DNA of 64,000 nucleotides from Plasmodiophora brassicae (Eukaryota): NCBI GenBank assembly GCA_036867785.1, contig CP145412.1, positions 806,001 to 870,000 of the forward strand, read 5' to 3'. Shown piece by piece: positions 53,226 to 64,000 of this stretch (position 1 is its first letter; each line of letters starts with the position of its first letter). The notes under the pieces were generated by a model. It saw only the letters and a program-made list of their open reading frames with translations, ran no database searches and was not told where the DNA came from. The position numbers and the translations under genes were made by a program.

Positions 53226-56200
53226 ATGCTGGCAAGGTTCGTGTGCAGGGCGCGTGTCCGTGCTGCAGTTCGCCTATCGTCGGCAGTACCCGATGCAGCT
53301 GCAGCGGCAGCAACAACGGCGGCGCCACCCGGGTCGCCGGCGTCCGCGTCGCCGGCCGGGGACATGTCGTGGCTGTACGACATGATAGGGGAAGAACCGT
53401 ATACGGCACCGTCGAGCAGTGCCGCTGCTCCCGAGGCGCAGTCTCACCCGGAGCTGTTGCTGAATCCTCCGCCTCCGGTGGCGGTGGTGTCCACGATGCC
53501 GACGTTCGTCCCGCTGGACGCGGGATCCGACCGGAAAGCGCTGCTGTCGTCGCTGCTGACCGGGCTCTTCATGTACCACCTTCGGCGTTTGGGCCCATCC
53601 GACCTTGTCGAGTTTATATCGACCAAGACGGGCACGCTTGGGATTGGTGCGTTGAGCACGAAGTTGGAGACTGGCATCCCGCAGGGCGCCGATGGGTTCA
53701 CGACCGACGACGAGGCGTTCTCCATGTTGCAGCAGATGCTCATCCGGATCGTCGACAGGAACAGCGATCTTTCCACGATCGGAATCGAGCAGGTCAGGGG
53801 CGTTGCCGTTGAAGTTGTCGCCGAGGATACTGTCGAGGTCAGTAACATGGCCGGCCGCCACCCCGCTATATAGTCTCACATTGCCTTAGATGTTCAAACG
53901 GTTCAATGACGCAGTTGATGCTTCGTATGAGCATTATTGCAAATTGTCGGGAACGCGGAACGTCGATCGACGTCTGCTGGCTGAACAGGTACGCCTGGAG
54001 ACCATGTCGCGCGAGATATCCATCAACAAGTACCGACGCCTGAAGGAAGAGTTGGCGATCTGCGGCAAACTGGGTACGCTGTCCTCGTCGACATCTGATG
54101 AGGCATAGTCTGACGTGCCGTCGCAGTTAATATGAAAGTGACGCAGCGTCTTCTGTTGAACTGGTATAACCCTCTTGTTCATGCTATCTGCGAGGAGCAG
54201 GGCGCCATCGAACGGAATGATGTACGTAGTCGAGGTCTGGAACGTCGTGATTGTCATCTGGTGTGACCTTGTGTTTGTTGTGTAGTCGTCGCTGGTCGAT
54301 CGTCGTGGGTACGAGGGTGAAATCGGGATTCTGGATCCCGAATTACTTGCGGTGATCACATTGCACGAGACGTTGAAACAGACGATGACTTCCGAAGTCG
54401 CTGTTGTTCGGTTGGCGTTGTGCATCGGCAAAGCCGTTGCTGACGAAGTTCGCCTTCAGCAGAGGTTACTAAATTCCGTTAGACGCAAGGTACGGTTTCG
54501 GATCCCTGATTCTTCATCGATTACGTCTGATATTGCCTTTGTTCAGCCGAAAACTGCCCGCCTGGCAATATACCAGAACGAGGCGATTCGCAAAGACACG
54601 TGGTCGAAGACGACGTGCCTAAAGCTGGGATCACGTCTTGTCCAACTGCTTTGTGAAACTGCTATGGTCCCGACGGACGAAGATGCCGATGCGAAAGATG
54701 AGCCCGCGTTCATCCACAGGATGATCATCACGGAAGTCAACAAACGCCGAGGTGTTGTCAACCTGCATCCCCGATGCATGGAACTGATCAACGTTGGGCA
54801 CATTCGCCGGGAATCAATCGGCACGGACTTCATGCCGATGGTTGTCCCTCCTATACCATGGACCATGCCGGAATACGGAGGTACGCAGGTCTCCATCTCG
54901 TTAACTTGGAACGCTAACCACTACGTCGCTAGGCTACGTGTCGTCGAGGTCGAACGTCATGAAGATGAGAGGATCAAGAGGTAACGTGTAGGTCGCCGGA
55001 AACATCCTGTCGTGAAATCTGACATCGACGTTATAGCTCAAGAGGAGGCGCTAGAATTGGCAGACTTGACCACGATATACAAAGCCCTCGACGTGCTTGG
55101 AGCTGTGCCTTGGAGAATTAACGCGCGCGTTCTCGACGTCGTTGAGGAGGTTTGGGTCGCAGTCGTGGGCGTCATGATACAACTTTAACGTGTGCGTCAT
55201 AGCTGTGGCGTCAAGGGGGCGGTGTCGCGTCGCTGCCGTCAAGAACCGATGCAATCATTCCTCCTCGAACTGTCGAAAAGGGGGAGAAGGAGCCGTACGA
55301 AATTTGGAAGGACCGCATGGATAAAGTCAAGCTGAATCGTGAGACGCATTCGTTGCGTTGCGATTTAGAGTTGAAGCTCAACATCGCGAGGTGATCGTTG
55401 GCGTTACCAACCGGTTCGGCACGTAGCTGACGGCGCTCTTAGGACGTTTAACGGATTCGACTTCTACTTTCCGCATAACATCGATTTCCGCGGTCGTGCA
55501 TACACGATCGCTCCTCATCTCCAGCACATGGGAAGCGACGGCAAGGCAAAGTATGCTGCTGACAGCCTCGCTCGCCTGCTGACCGGTTTATGTCATAGTG
55601 TCCCGGGGGTTGCTCCTGTTTGCGCGGCCGAAACCGCTTGGGGACGATGGCCTCTTCTGGCTAAAGGTTCAACTCGCCAACCTTTTCGGTACGGAACCAG
55701 CCAGGACCTACGCTGTAATCCATCGTCTAACCCATGCTATGCGTAGGCATGGACAAGTTGTCGTTGGATAGTCGGGCCGACTGGGCCGACTCCGTCCTGT
55801 CGAACATCAAGTCGGTGGCCCGTGACCCTCTGGGCGAAATGAGGGACTGGTGGCTGTCGGCAGATGACCCGTTCCAAGCCCTTGCCTGCTGCTATGAAAT
55901 CACGGACGCCCTCGCTCATCCACTAGGCCCAGCGCTCTACGAATCGTCCCTCCCTGTGCACATGGACGGATCCTGTAACGGCCTTCAACATTACGCCGCA
56001 CTTGGCCTGGACGAGGTCGGTGGACGTGCCGTTAACCTCGTTGCCAGTGACGTCCCGCAAGATGTTTACTCGGGCGTCTGCGACCTGGTCAACGAAAAGG
56101 TTCGTTGGACGAGCCGTGCCTTCGCCCGGTGCGCCCCTAATCTCGTCCGCAGGTTGCGAAGGACGCCGCAGAAGGGAACGAGATTGCACAATCTCTGTTG

Positions 56201-56911
56201 GGCCACGTTACGCGCAAGGTTGTCAAGCAGACCGTCATGACATCCGTGTATGGTGTCACGTTCGTCGGCGCTCGCAAGCAGATCGAACGTCGGCTTATTG
56301 AGGCTGGCGTCGTTCCCAACGCCGATGCCGCATTCAAACCGAGCTACTACCTGTCGAGGGCAACGCTCGACAGCCTGGGCAGCATGTTCTCGAACGCCAA
56401 GAAGCTCATGGAATGGATGACGGACGCGGCAACGTTGATCTCGCGAACAACATCCCAGGCTGTGTCGTGGATCACTCCGTTGGGCCTGCCCGTCATCCAG
56501 CCGTACTGTCAAGAGCATGCGTTCGCTGTGAAGACGTCCATGCAGGTCATCACGCTGGTCGACGCACAAGACGTGTTGCCGGTCAGCAGCCAGCGGCAAC
56601 GGTCGGCGTTCCCGCCGAATTACGTGCATTCGCTTGACGCCACCCACATGATGATGACCGCGCTGCGTTGCCATGACGCCGGCGTCGCGTTCGCCGCTGT
56701 CCACGACAGTTACTGGACCCATGCGGCGACAGTAGCCCGCATGAACAAGGAGCTTCGCGACCAGTTCGTCGCGTTGCACAACCAGCCGCTGCTGGAGAAC
56801 CTCGCCGCCGATTTCGCCATGCGCTACCCGATGTGCGAGTTCAAGGCACTTCCGAAGCGGGGCACCTTGGACCTGAACGACGTCCTCAACTCACAGTACT
56901 TCTTCGATTAA
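53226..56911 (+). CDS. RPO41: Mitochondrial T7-phage-type single-subunit RNA polymerase
   Basis: Presequence; [73 protein letters not shown]. Confidence 0.96.
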
Positions 56912-57279
56912 TGTGTACAAATATACTAGGGGGCGTATATCTGCCGGTCCATGCGTTGATCGTATCTCGGCGCGTGCCTCGCATTGGGCAGACCGCGCCA
57001 CCAGCGAACGTAAGGCTGCCATGGCATCCCCTGCCGACAGCGGCGCCGGCGGTAACACGTACCGCAAGGGGATGGCGGTGCCCAATGGCAACACGCTAGG
57101 CGCTTGCGATTCCATCAACACGTACGGCAGGTCGAAGAGCTGGACGGGCGTCGACACGCTGAGCAGCGGCACCAACGATGATAAGGGCAACAGTATTGCG
57201 GATCACGCCCGAGCGTCAGCACATCTCGCTACCGGTAATCGGGCGCCTCACGTACAGAGGGGTCTTCATCCGATGTAAC

Positions 57280-58729
57280 ATGGCTGGTCCAGAGCAATGG
57301 GGAAAGAGTTCGTCGATGAGGCCGTCGTCGGAGAAATCATGGGGGAAGCACCGCGCCGAGCGCGCCAACTTCGAGAAACGGGAAAAGCTGACACAGGAAG
57401 TGGTCGATACGGAACGCACCTACGTGAACTCGTTGCAGACGCTGATCACCAAGTACGTCGCCCCTGTGAAGGTCGACCCGGGCAAGTATGGCGTCAAGGT
57501 ACAGTAGAGGGTTGGTGGGCGCGGGCGGCGTGCTGGCGCTGACAGACAGACCCGATTGCGGTAGGCCGATCAGGTACACACCGTGTTCGAGAACGTTGAG
57601 CCGATCGCCGCGTTCCACGTGATCTTCTTGAAGGAGCTGGAAAAGGATCGCAACCTAGCAAGAACGATCAACAAGTTTGGCGATTACCTGAAGATGTATG
57701 CAGCGGCCGACACATGGTCGACACGGTACTGACATCATCGTCGACCAGGTACACGACATACATATCCGGTTACGACAAGTGCGTCCGCCTGCTGGGCCAG
57801 ATGCGCAAATCGCGCAAGTTCACCAAGTTCCTGGACGAGACGCGGACCGACCCCGAATGCAAGGGCCTCGACCTCATGTCGTTCCTGATCATGCCGATCC
57901 AGCGAATCCCCCGTTACGAGCTGCTGCTGCGCGAGCTGATATCGTGCGACGACCCCGACCCCCAGTCCGAGATGGCGCAGGCCTACAATCGCGTACGGTA
58001 CATCGCCAAGCATGTCAACGAGACGCAGCGGCACGGTAAGGGACTGCGCCGAAGGTTCGCTGCGGCGCTGCCAGTGCTAACCGTGCCGACCATGTACCAG
58101 TCGAGAATATGATGAAGCTGCTTGAAATTCAGGACCGGATCTCGGACAGCGATCTGTCGTTCGACCTGTTGCAGCCGCATCGGCGCCTGCTCAAAGAGGG
58201 GAAGATCTCGCAGAAGACGACCAGCAAGTTGAACAAGATCAAGCAGCGCGTCCTGTTCCTGTTCTCCGACATCGTCCTGTGGACGTCGTCGTCGAACGCG
58301 TACCTGGGCCATGTCGACATCAGCTGCATTTCGCTGAAGCCGGACGTGAAGCATCCCGACACGTCGTTCCGGATGGTGGTCGAGAGTGGGACCGCCGCGG
58401 TTGAGGAGACCGAGCTGATCTGGAGGTGCGAAACCGCAGCCGAATGCCAGGAATGGGTCAAAGCCATCGATGACGCCATGACGAAGCTGTGCGAGGTGTT
58501 CATCAGCAGGCTGGACGACAAGGAGAAGGAGAAGTTCGGGCAGCTGAACGCGGGCGCGTCGGCGGATAAGGCTGAGATGATCCGGCAGGCGAAACTGTCG
58601 ATCCGCCGGAAGAAGTACGCCAGGACGGGCGGCGCCATGCACCTGTTCATGAAGGAGAAGCTCAACGAGCTCCACGCTCACGTTGCTGTAGATGACGATA
58701 AGTCTGTGACCGAACTCGATAGCCAATAG
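57280..58729 (+). CDS. Dbl-family RhoGEF (DH-PH)
   Basis: EVVDTERTYVNSL, LMSFLIMPIQRIPRYELLLREL, PH (RRLLKEG..RVLFLFSDIVL..CQEWVKAI). Confidence 0.93.
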
Positions 58730-58866
58730 TAAATTATCGCGTGATATCAACGCTCAGGACGACATCGTCAACAGGGACGGGGAGGGTCCCGAACACTGCC
58801 GATGCTCAGGAATACATTTGAACGAACAGTTCGTATTGTACAGATTGAGCGGTAACACGCTGATCA

Positions 58867-61383
58867 CTAGCAGAGTTTTGAGTCTCCATAAGTCACGACA
58901 AGTTGAAGCGCCCGCTGCAGATTGTCCCTGACTGGTTTGGAATTCGTTTGCGATCCTGCGAAGGCGCGTCAGCACAAATGCCTGAGAACCCGAGTCAGGG
59001 CGGTACCTGGCGCGGAAGCACAGAACTCCACATTGGTGCATGACCCATTTCCGCAGCCTTGTGTCAACTGACTGAAATACCTACAGGCGGTCAGGGGCTG
59101 ACGACGAGGATCGTGGATGGCGGTAAACCTTCGTGCTTGCTTCTGCGCACGAGCTTTGGTGTCGCCGTCGACAGGAGGGTTGACTCGTTTAGAAGTGTCC
59201 TGCTGCGAGCTAGACGATGCCGAATCTGCAGCCGCCGACTTGGCCACCTTGGCAGAGGAATTGTCGCCGAGTTCCCCCCGAGCTCGTCGCCATTCAACAG
59301 ACCCGCTTTCTCTCCCGGGAAGTTGATCGTTCTGACCCGGCAGCAAGATCAGTTGTTGTCCATCCCGGAAGACTCGGGCAGCGCTGCACTGACTGTGCTA
59401 ACCGTAGAGATGCCCAGCAATTGGTCCTTCTCTCGGGACCAGCGCGATCGTACTAGAGAAGCGCGATCAGGGTTCATCCGGCTGAGGCACGCATTCGAGT
59501 ATCGTTCCAGTTCGCCTGCAAGCCAATCCTCTGGGCATTCCCTCCGACGCGAAAGCACGCCGTTCTCAGTGGCATAGTTGGCAGTGTACCGCCGGGTCAC
59601 ATCGCGGACACCTGCAGAACAGCCATGAGCCCAGCAGAATGTCCTACCCACGTATGCCTGATACCATCAACTACAGTATGGAGAATCAGCCCACAAGATG
59701 ATCATTTTCGAATGCACGCCCGACCTGAGAAGCCAATCACGTAGGAGAGCTTCTTGCCCCATCCAGCTTCATCTAAAAAAACATTCAGCAGCCCCAAATG
59801 CATTGGTACATGTCGAAACCCTACACAGCAATGGTGCATCGTAGCGATTCTCGCAGGGGTCGCAATGCACAAACCGCTGTGTCTCATCGCTCCACACCTC
59901 TGATTGGCAACGTGGCACAATCGTCAGCTCATAAGCGCGCGTACCCATTGGTAGACGGGTATCGGACCAGTCCACACGTGGTCAGTCCAATCGACGACGT
60001 AGCGCGCATCGAATTTCAACGCCCGGCAGCATAGTGTGAACGCCTACAGACATGCTGAGCCCCCATTCGTCGTCGGACACAACGCAATCATGGAGCACCT
60101 GAGCCCACTCGCCACATCGGCCTCGTCTGGTTTCCATCAGCTTCCCGCTGTTGTTGTATCGCGGAAACCGATTGACCTGGCCACATGCATTGCACTTGTG
60201 GCTATATCGAATGTTACACAATGGAATGCACAGTTTGACCTCAATCATACAGCTCAACTCTGCCAGCACCAAACCGCAGCTCTTCTTGGTTCGGCTCCGC
60301 CCCACCAATTGTTGTTGTACCTCCTCCACATGAGCTACAAGGTAGGCTGTTGACCCAGCTTCCAACGGATGTCAGTGTAGGAACGAAGTGTACGACGCGT
60401 ACAATGCACCTGAAGAACTCGTGCTTGAACCAGAAAAGCAGCTGAAAGACCAATTCATCTCTACCAGGGAGGGCATCTGGCCCACGCTCTGCCAGACCAC
60501 CGTGAGACCACGAAGCAGGTATAACATGGGGGAAGGTACCTTTTCCTCTGTCAAGCAATTTCTGCAGTGGAATAACTTCAAGAGCTTTGGCCTGGTTCGC
60601 TGGGTTCTCAAAGTCGGGTATATGCTGAAAGTACGACCTGATTTGCATTGCCATCCTCTGCTTTCGATTATCCATCACTGCCACCTCTGCGAGTAACCAT
60701 TGATACAGGCAATCGCTCGATACAAGAAAGTCTGGTGCTCACCTTGACGCTCCTGTAATTGTCCCAAGGCCGTCCGAAGGAAACCAAGAAACGGCTCCAC
60801 CAGCAATTCAGCTTGAGATTGAATACTGCGGAATGACTCAGGGCAACTGACGATGGAGGGACCACACTCACTACCGAGGATGAAACAGGCAGCCCGTTCC
60901 ACACCCGCACACGAAAGGGTCGCTCCCCGACGAAGAAACGTCAGCTGCGTGCCTGACATAGGCAGCTTTACACGCTGCTGCGCACGCCAGACATATTACA
61001 GTGTCGCCAATCCGCAATCCTGGTTGCCGAACCGACGTCGACCCTAGCCAGATCTTTGAGCAGTCGGTTTGCCAAGCTGCACCGAGCAAATCTTGTCAGA
61101 TCCCTATCGCGATGCACCGATGCCCACTGGTCCGCATACGGATTGACTCCAACACCAATGCGGGATCGATCGCGTCGCTGCCATCAGCTGGCTCTGGAGA
61201 CCTCTTCCTGGATAGGTGTAGGATGCCGTCGAACCCATCGACGAACGCCCGATCCAGCCCGGGATCGAGCACCTGCTCCTCGGGTTCGACATCGGTCAGC
61301 GAATAGATCTGCCCGCGCACGACGTCCGCATCGTCGCCAACGTCATCGATGTCGTACCTGGTAGAGGGACCCGCCTCGTTCAT
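58867..61383 (-). CDS. PNG1: Peptide:N-glycanase with C-terminal AZUL domain and probable N-terminal Cys-rich finger
   Basis: [87 protein letters not shown]. The 5' exons upstream of 60684 are inferred. Confidence 0.9.
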
Positions 61384-61792
61384 TCAACCGCACTTCCCAA
61401 TCGGCCGCGTTCTGCGACTCACACGCGCCCGCCCCATTCGACACGTACGCGCCGCGACATTCAATCGGTAGATATTCCCTCCCCCAGAGCCGCCCACCTT
61501 CAACAACAGTAGCGAACGACGGCGCAGCCCGGTGGGGCCCAAACTGCACTTTGACGCCGAATATTCAGGTGCCGTTCCGGTTTTAGACGGGGCCTCCGTT
61601 GTACTGCCACCGAACGGCTGTTCTGTGACACAGATATCCGGCGTTACAGGTTTAATTGTGTCGGTAGCCAGTAAAAGTATTGGTGGGGGGTTATACATAT
61701 GGATAGATGCCAGGTGGCGATCTTGCTGCTACTTTTTCGTCTCTTTCTTTCTGACGTTCCACTGTTTTCAAAAAGTACAAAGCCCGTTTCTC

Positions 61793-62012
61793 TGACATGC
61801 CCAAGTCGACACAGGCAGCCGTCAGCGCAGCCGTCGGCAAGCACGCCATACGTTGATGCCGATAATGAAGGGCATGGTCATGCAGCGTGTTGCCAACGCC
61901 GTCAACGGGTCGAACGAGACGGGTAGCGTAATAGAGCGGGTAGCTGACATGCCAATGCCTGCAGCGGCGCCCGGTCGCGAATGCGCATACAGAGCGCCGC
62001 CGCCTATCTTAA
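61793..62012 (+). repeat. Dispersed repeat, copy 2
   Basis: Homologous to the reverse complement of 50124-50372. Confidence 0.85.
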
Positions 62013-62124
62013 GGGATGATCAGTTGAGCAGGTAAAAAGGAAAGGGGCCCCTGTAAAACAGGTGGCCACCTCCCACAGGGAGGGGGAGGATGTCGTCAGT
62101 AGTGTAGTTTAGTTTATAGTTGGG

Positions 62125-62546
62125 ATTCCGCGTTTTTCACGCAGGCGCCTTGGTCTCGGGTTCGACGACCGTAGGATCAGCTGACAGAACGTTAGCTTCT
62201 CCCGGCCTGGCAGTGCCGGCCTCTCACCTTTGTGCTGGGATCTCGCAGAGCGGTGACTCCGGAGCAAGTCTGAGGGCTCTTTGAGCACCCCAAAGGTTCG
62301 TAGGCTATGATCTCCCTCACTGCGGTTGATCTGCCTACATCGTCAGTTGTGTAGACAGGTCAACCGAAGAGATCAAACTCTACGAATCTTCGGGAGCTCG
62401 CTGAGCCCCGGAGTCCCCACACGGCAAGATCCCAGCACAAAGGTGATAGGCCGGCACTGCCAGGCCGGGGAATTAGCGGGCGTTCTGCTAGCTGAACCCA
62501 AGGTCCTTGGACCCGAGACCGAGGCGCCTGCGTGAAAAGCGCGAAT
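62125..62546. repeat. Long imperfect inverted repeat (hairpin 1, ~420 nt, loop ~62341-62348)
   Basis: ttttcacgcaggcgcc pairs with ggcgcctgcgtgaaaa; cccggcctggcagtgccggcct.tcacctttgtgctgggatct pairs with its complement; cggttgatctgcctacat pairs with gtgtagacaggtcaaccg. Confidence 0.92.
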
Positions 62547-62553
62547 ATCAAAT

Positions 62554-62862
62554 ACGATCCGAAGAACACCGAGCAGGTCGGATCCGCTGTAACGCAGATC
62601 CATGTTGAGCGCGGGCTCACTGGGCCCTACAAAGAACCTTGCGAGTCTTGCGTCCGCGAATACGATGCCAACAACCAGTCGCCGGCCTGTGTCAACACCT
62701 GTACTGTCGACGAATGATTGTACAGGTGTTTGACACAGCCCGGCGACTGGTTGTTGGCATCGCACTCGCAGATGCAAGACTCGCAAGAGGGCTCAGTGAG
62801 CCCGCGCTCAACGTGGGTCTGCGTTACAGCGGACCCGACCTGCTCGGCGTTCTTCGGATCGT
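62554..62862. repeat. Long inverted repeat (hairpin 2, ~310 nt, loop ~62705-62719)
   Basis: Arms of ~150 and ~143 nt differ by about 10 substitutions, one 9-nt indel and one 1-nt indel. Confidence 0.95.
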
Positions 62863-63110
62863 TCCAGCCGCCTTCCGCGACCAATTGCTCCCCGTCGACA
62901 CACAGTCGTGGACGTCCGGCGTTGTCTACCATTGACATCCCAGCAGGCGACAGCTTGTACTGGTTGTACAGCTTCAGGTTGCGGATATCCATTGCTGGAC
63001 ACTTTGCGTCATTGCCGACGTACGGGTCGAGCGCCAATATCGACTCGTAGTCGCCGATGATAGATTGGAACGTGGACAACCCCTTCCAGTGCTTCTTTAA
63101 GCCTTGCGCG
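62720..63110 (-). pseudogene. Truncated intronless coding relic, possibly transposon (tyrosine-recombinase/Crypton-like) derived
   Basis: KHWKGLSTFQSIIGDYESIL..CPAM..YK..G...VD..G....GGWNDPKN.EQ..SAV...H.ERG...C..C..GC.KH, ending at the fold-back. Family assignment is from recollection only. Confidence 0.35.
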
Positions 63111-63552
63111 TGTTCTGCACGTCGGTGCCATGTTGGTCGAACAAGTCGATAGGATTCGCAAGCAGCTGGATACCGTGGCGTTGAGCAGCGATTTCAACGC
63201 CACTTTTCGCCAACCTCTCCATCCGGGTGCGCCTCGGCGCAGGAAGACGTCATCTCCCTACCGGCTACCACGACGGTTGCGAAACCTGGCCATGTCGATT
63301 TCCTCGCTGGAAGCTGCCGATTCGCTGCGGACGCCGTCGTACTCGTCGGACACCGCGGAGGATTTGGCGCGGCTGTCTCGGTGGTACAAATAAACTTTGG
63401 CATTTTCGGAGTCCAAACACCATTCACAGAGGGCTGACCAGGCCTCACATACAAAGGCTGCGCACAGGAAACCGAAGTCAACAAGTAGTCGATACCCGTG
63501 GCAGAAGGAAAAGTCGGTGGAAATTACTTCGACCGGGCTCTTAGGTGCGCGA

Positions 63553-64000
63553 ATGAGTGCACTTAGGAAGCGGGCGATCTTGCCCATCGTCCTCGTCGCG
63601 GCGTGCCTGCTGGCCATGGTGGTAGTCATTACCCAGACATACACGGTGGCGTCGCGCGACAATATCCATGCAATCGTGAAATCCAATGAGGCCCCCAGAC
63701 GAACACTGCCCAAGCCGACCATTGCGTTATTGATGCCGGCGAGGTCGACGACCAGTATGGTCGCGGTGGAGAACGCGCCGCTATTGACAACATTCCTGCC
63801 ATCAATGATCGAAACTATTTCGTCTGATGATCGGAACAACTTCGACTATGCGTTGTACATGGGATTTGACGTCGCGGACCCGCTCTTCGACAACGAGAAG
63901 AATTTGAAGACGCTGAAGCAGAAGGTGGAAAACGCGAATGTCTTCAAAATCATCGAGTTCTTCGCATTTCACAAGACTAAGGTATACCAGGCACGCGAGA
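63553..64000 (+). CDS. Type II membrane glycosyltransferase-like protein (5' part, runs off window)
   Basis: MSALRKRAILPIVLVAACLLAMVVVI (signal anchor), stem, then IALLMPARS..LLTTFLPSM..YALYMGFDVADPLFD, resembling a GT-A start. Confidence 0.6.
   Translation, partial: MSALRKRAILPIVLVAACLLAMVVVITQTYTVASRDNIHAIVKSNEAPRRTLPKPTIALLMPARSTTSMVAVENAPLLTTFLPSMIETISSDDRNNFDYALYMGFDVADPLFDNEKNLKTLKQKVENANVFKIIEFFAFHKTKVYQARE

Noticed and set aside
53226-56911. Phage or linear-plasmid insertion (T7-like polymerase)
   Set aside because: It has many spliceosomal introns and a mitochondrial-type presequence: an ordinary nuclear-encoded mitochondrial RNAP.

Overview
Compact, GC-rich eukaryotic genomic DNA with dense genes and many short (about 45-70 nt) spliceosomal introns. 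Its style is consistent with a protist such as a phytomyxid (Plasmodiophora-like); this is an inference, not a database match. About 25 protein genes are recognisable: a secreted CUB + at least 9 LamG-like repeat protein, a PH-PH-RGS-FHA protein, NAA35/MAK10, RMND5, SPT6, a TPR protein, an H+-PPase, cytochrome b5, SUMO, a PPR protein, PP2C, a VPS9-domain protein, ADA2, TMF1, a rhomboid, a patatin lipase, a CAMK-like kinase, DUF1295, a BSD protein, mitochondrial RNA polymerase, a DH-PH RhoGEF, PNGase and a glycosyltransferase-like protein. There is also a tRNA-Ala(AGC) cluster and transposon relics. Top signals: (1) a peptide:N-glycanase fused in frame to a complete UBE3A-type AZUL zinc finger and probably preceded by a UBR-box-like finger; (2) two adjacent long fold-back hairpins at 62.1-62.9 kb inside transposon-like debris; (3) a T-arm-less tRNA-Ala derivative with a compensatory acceptor-stem change. 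Gene boundaries were spliced by eye and are approximate.
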